From a virus (taxonomy: Duplodnaviria > Heunggongvirae > Uroviricota > Caudoviricetes), in the IMG/VR virus record IMGVR_UViG_2654587792_000017: a stretch of 16,600 bases of DNA; one strand, written 5' to 3'. Of this stretch, positions 15,001 to 16,600 are shown one piece after another; position 1 is the first letter of the stretch; every line of letters starts with the position of its first letter. The position numbers and the translations under genes are program-made. A model generated the notes under the pieces. It was not told where the DNA came from. It did not search any database and saw only the letters and a program-made list of their open reading frames with translations.

Positions 15001-15269
15001 GGGCGGGACTGATGGGGGAGGCCGGACCTGAAGCCATTATGCCTCTGACGCGGGCGGCGGATGGCTCGCTGGGTGTGCGCGCGGTGGGTAGTATGTACGG
15101 CAGTGCGGGTCTGGTGTATTCCCCGGTCTACCATATCGCCATTCAGAATGACGGGACTAATGGCCAGATAGGGCCGGAGGCGGCAGGCAGCCTTGTGCAA
15201 CTGATTGACCAGCGGGTGCAGGCGGTGATGCTGTCCATGCGACGTGACGGAGGAATGCTGAGTGGCTGA
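12027..15269 (+). CDS. Tail tape measure protein
   Basis: 1080 aa, GAGAAAGGTG Shine-Dalgarno. Long Ala/Gln-rich coiled-coil-like stretches, then a Gly-rich C-terminal region. Position after G/GT and before M/L/K homologues. Confidence 0.92.
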   Translation: MATLRELIIKISANSQSFQSEIQRASRMGSEYYRTLQNGGRQAAAAAREQRRALAELNSQLTEIRGSAVGMAGAFAGAFATGHLISLADEWSSVNARLKQASQSSDEFSSSQKVLMDISQRTGTAFSDNAALFARSAASMREYGYSADDVLKVTEAISTGLKISGASTAEAGSVITQFSQALAQGVLRGEEFNSVNESGDRIIRALAAGMGVARKDLKAMADDGKLTADKVVPALISQLEVLRDEYAAMPETVSDGITKVENAFMAWVGGANEASGVTKTLSGVLNGVAGQIDNVATAVGALVAVGGARYFGNMASGAMSATAGLVTAARNEVALAEAQFRGTQIATARARAAVYRAQQAVAAARGTEMQIAAEARLAATQERLNRNIAARSAAQNALNSTTAVGSRLMSGALGLVGGVPGLVMLGAAAWYTLYQNQEQARESARQYALTIDEIAHKTSSMSLPEASDNEGRTRAALTEQNRLIDEQASRVKSLQEKIAGYQYVLANPGWTTGDGFMINHLTSVKTVTEGLAQATEQLAVEQSRLAQMQEKAQSIQDVLAGLEDRRVALIRQQAAEQNKVYQSMLVMNGQHTEFNRLLGLGNELLQQRQGLVNVPLRLPQATLDDKQQSALTKTERELALSRLKGEEKERARLGYAADDLGFVGDPYQEARQRYISNALEAWRNNEANKPKSRGGKSETEKAEDSFSRLLKQQKEQLALAGQNTELAKLKYQTAQGELKTLTEMQKQELLRNATLIDQQKIREQLRSREDTLKNDNVAARASNDAELLGYGQGERARERMRELQQIRDSFRQKDADLQSQYQTGDISEDFYRQALAQNAQYLSERLKEQEAFYAESDVQRADWQKGLQEGFSNWVDNASDYASQAAQLATEGISGMVNNITEMLNGNKVEWRSWASSVLQEISKVLMNAAIVNGIKTAANGMSGAGGFLGSIGDWLGGAVANAKGGVYTSANLSAYSNSIVDTPTYFAFAKGAGLMGEAGPEAIMPLTRAADGSLGVRAVGSMYGSAGLVYSPVYHIAIQNDGTNGQIGPEAAGSLVQLIDQRVQAVMLSMRRDGGMLSG

Positions 15270-15603
15270 GATAAAAACGCTGCATCTGGTCCCGCGTGAA
15301 GGGATGCAGGTGAGTGAGAAACCGTCGGTGGCGAGGGTGCGGTTTGGTGACGGTTATGAACAGCGTCGCCCCACAGGGCTGAATCCTCAACTGAAGACGT
15401 TTCAGGCGGTGTTCCGGGTGACGGATGAGTCAACCCGGCGCTGGCTGGAAGAGTTTTTATCGTGGCATGGTGGTTACCGTGCCTTTTTGTGGCGACCGCC
15501 GAAACATAACCGGACGGTGAGGGTTGTGTGCCGTGAGTGGAGTGTCACGGATAATGCCCGGTACAGTGATTTCAGTTGCACGATAGAGCAGGTGGTGAAC
15601 TGA
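15262..15603 (+). CDS. M: Minor tail protein (lambda gpM-like)
   Basis: 113 aa, GTG start with GGAGGA Shine-Dalgarno, overlapping the tape measure stop. The motifs VRFGDGYEQR, FLWRPP and the C-terminal EQVVN match my recollection of lambda gpM. Confidence 0.85.
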   Translation: MAEIKTLHLVPREGMQVSEKPSVARVRFGDGYEQRRPTGLNPQLKTFQAVFRVTDESTRRWLEEFLSWHGGYRAFLWRPPKHNRTVRVVCREWSVTDNARYSDFSCTIEQVVN

Positions 15604-16301
15604 TGCAGGATATTCACGAAGAAAGCCTGAACGAGTCGGTTAAGTCAGAGCAGTCACCGCGTGTGGTACTCTGGGAAATCGACCTGACGGTGCAGGGCGG
15701 TGAGCGCTATTTTTTCTGCAATGAACTGAATGAAAAAGGGGAGCCGGTCACCTGGCAGGGGCGTGAATATCAGGCGTACCCGATTGACGGCAGCGGCTTT
15801 GAGATGAACGGGAAGGGCAGCAGTGCCAGACCGTCGCTGACGGTGTCCAATCTGTTTGGCCTTGTCACCGGAATGGCGGAGGACCTGCAGAGCCTGGTGG
15901 GGGCCACGGTGGTCCGCCGCCGGGTGTATGCCCGTTTTCTGGATGCGGTGAATTTTGTGGCAGGCAATCCGGAGGCCGACCCGGAGCAGGAGCTGACTGA
16001 CCGGTGGGTGGTGGAGCAGATGTCATCGCTGACGGCCATGACGGCCTCGTTTGTGCTGGCCACACCGACCGAGACGGACGGGGCGCTGTTTCCCGGTCGC
16101 ATCATGCTGGCGAACACCTGTATGTGGACCTACCGCTCTGATGAGTGTGGTTACACGGGCGGGGCTGTGGCGGATGAGTTCGATAAACCCACCACCGATA
16201 TCCGTAAGGACAGATGCAGCAAGTGCATGCGCGGGTGTGAGATGCGCGGCATGGTGGCTAATTTTGGCGGTTTCCTTTCCATTAACAAACTTTCGCAGTA
16301 A
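15603..16301 (+). CDS. L: Minor tail protein (lambda gpL-like)
   Basis: ATG at 15603 overlaps the M stop (TGATG); the listed ORF begins 27 nt earlier at 15576. Strong resemblance to lambda gpL as I recall it: MQDI..., VVLWEIDLT, GGERYFFCNE, EKGEPVTWQG, GRIMLANTC, and the C-terminal NFGGFLSINKLSQ. Confidence 0.9.
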   Translation: MQDIHEESLNESVKSEQSPRVVLWEIDLTVQGGERYFFCNELNEKGEPVTWQGREYQAYPIDGSGFEMNGKGSSARPSLTVSNLFGLVTGMAEDLQSLVGATVVRRRVYARFLDAVNFVAGNPEADPEQELTDRWVVEQMSSLTAMTASFVLATPTETDGALFPGRIMLANTCMWTYRSDECGYTGGAVADEFDKPTTDIRKDRCSKCMRGCEMRGMVANFGGFLSINKLSQ

Positions 16302-16306
16302 ATCCA

Positions 16307-16600
16307 ATGACACAGACAGAATCAGTGATTCTGGCACACACCCGGCGGTGTGTGCCTGCGGAGTCGTGCGGCTTCGTGGTGAGAACGCCGGAGGGGGAGC
16401 GGTATATCCCTTGTGTGAATATCTCTGCAGAGCCGGAGGCGTATTTTCGTATTGCACCGGAAGACTGGCTGCGGGCAGAGATGCAGGGGGAGATTGTGGC
16501 ACTGGTCCACAGTCATCCCGGTGGTCTGCCCTGGCTGAGCGAGGCCGACCGGCGGCTGCAGATAAAAAGTGCACTGTCCTGGTGGCTGGTCTGCCGGGGG
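16307..16600 (+). CDS. K: Tail assembly protein (lambda gpK-like), 3'-truncated by the window end
   Basis: Not in the ORF table because no stop is reached. ATG at 16307; translation MTQTESVILAHTRRCVPAESCGFVV...ALVHSHPGG..WLSEADRRLQ carries the JAB/MPN-like HSHPGG motif and matches my recollection of the lambda gpK N-terminus. The frame is open to 16600. Confidence 0.85.
   Translation, partial: MTQTESVILAHTRRCVPAESCGFVVRTPEGERYIPCVNISAEPEAYFRIAPEDWLRAEMQGEIVALVHSHPGGLPWLSEADRRLQIKSALSWWLVCRG

Noticed and set aside
16023-16574. 183-aa minus-strand ORF opposite the L and K genes
   Set aside because: Antisense to the strongly supported lambda L and K homologues; no credible start context.

Overview
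The window is a contiguous stretch of the late (morphogenesis) region of a lambdoid siphovirus prophage, of the kind found in Enterobacteriaceae. Almost everything is on the + strand. From left to right: the 3' end of a gene running in from upstream (possible antirepressor-type regulator); an AT-richer moron-like island carrying a TonB-C-terminal-like lipoprotein and, on the - strand, a small YlcI/YnfO-like protein; an HNH endonuclease; a ~290 bp non-coding region with GTTAAC-centred repeats and G/C homopolymer tracts that I interpret as the cos packaging site; terminase small and large subunits; an in-frame prohead protease / scaffold / HK97-fold major capsid fusion; a portal; a protein with three near-identical 162-bp tandem repeats; head-tail connector, head closure, gp10-like and tail terminator-like proteins; a major tail protein with a C-terminal Ig-like domain; a tail assembly chaperone with a textbook A-AAA-AAG -1 frameshift site giving a G-T-like fusion; a 1080-aa tape measure protein; and homologues of lambda M, L and K (K cut by the window end). 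I found no tRNA, rRNA, CRISPR array, integrase, transposase or recognisable defence system. The items most worth follow-up are the lipoprotein moron, the repeat-containing head-region protein, the putative cos architecture, the protease-capsid fusion with an internal start, and a 23-bp terminator-like element present twice. All family assignments come from reading the translated ORFs and from recalled family motifs, not from database searches.
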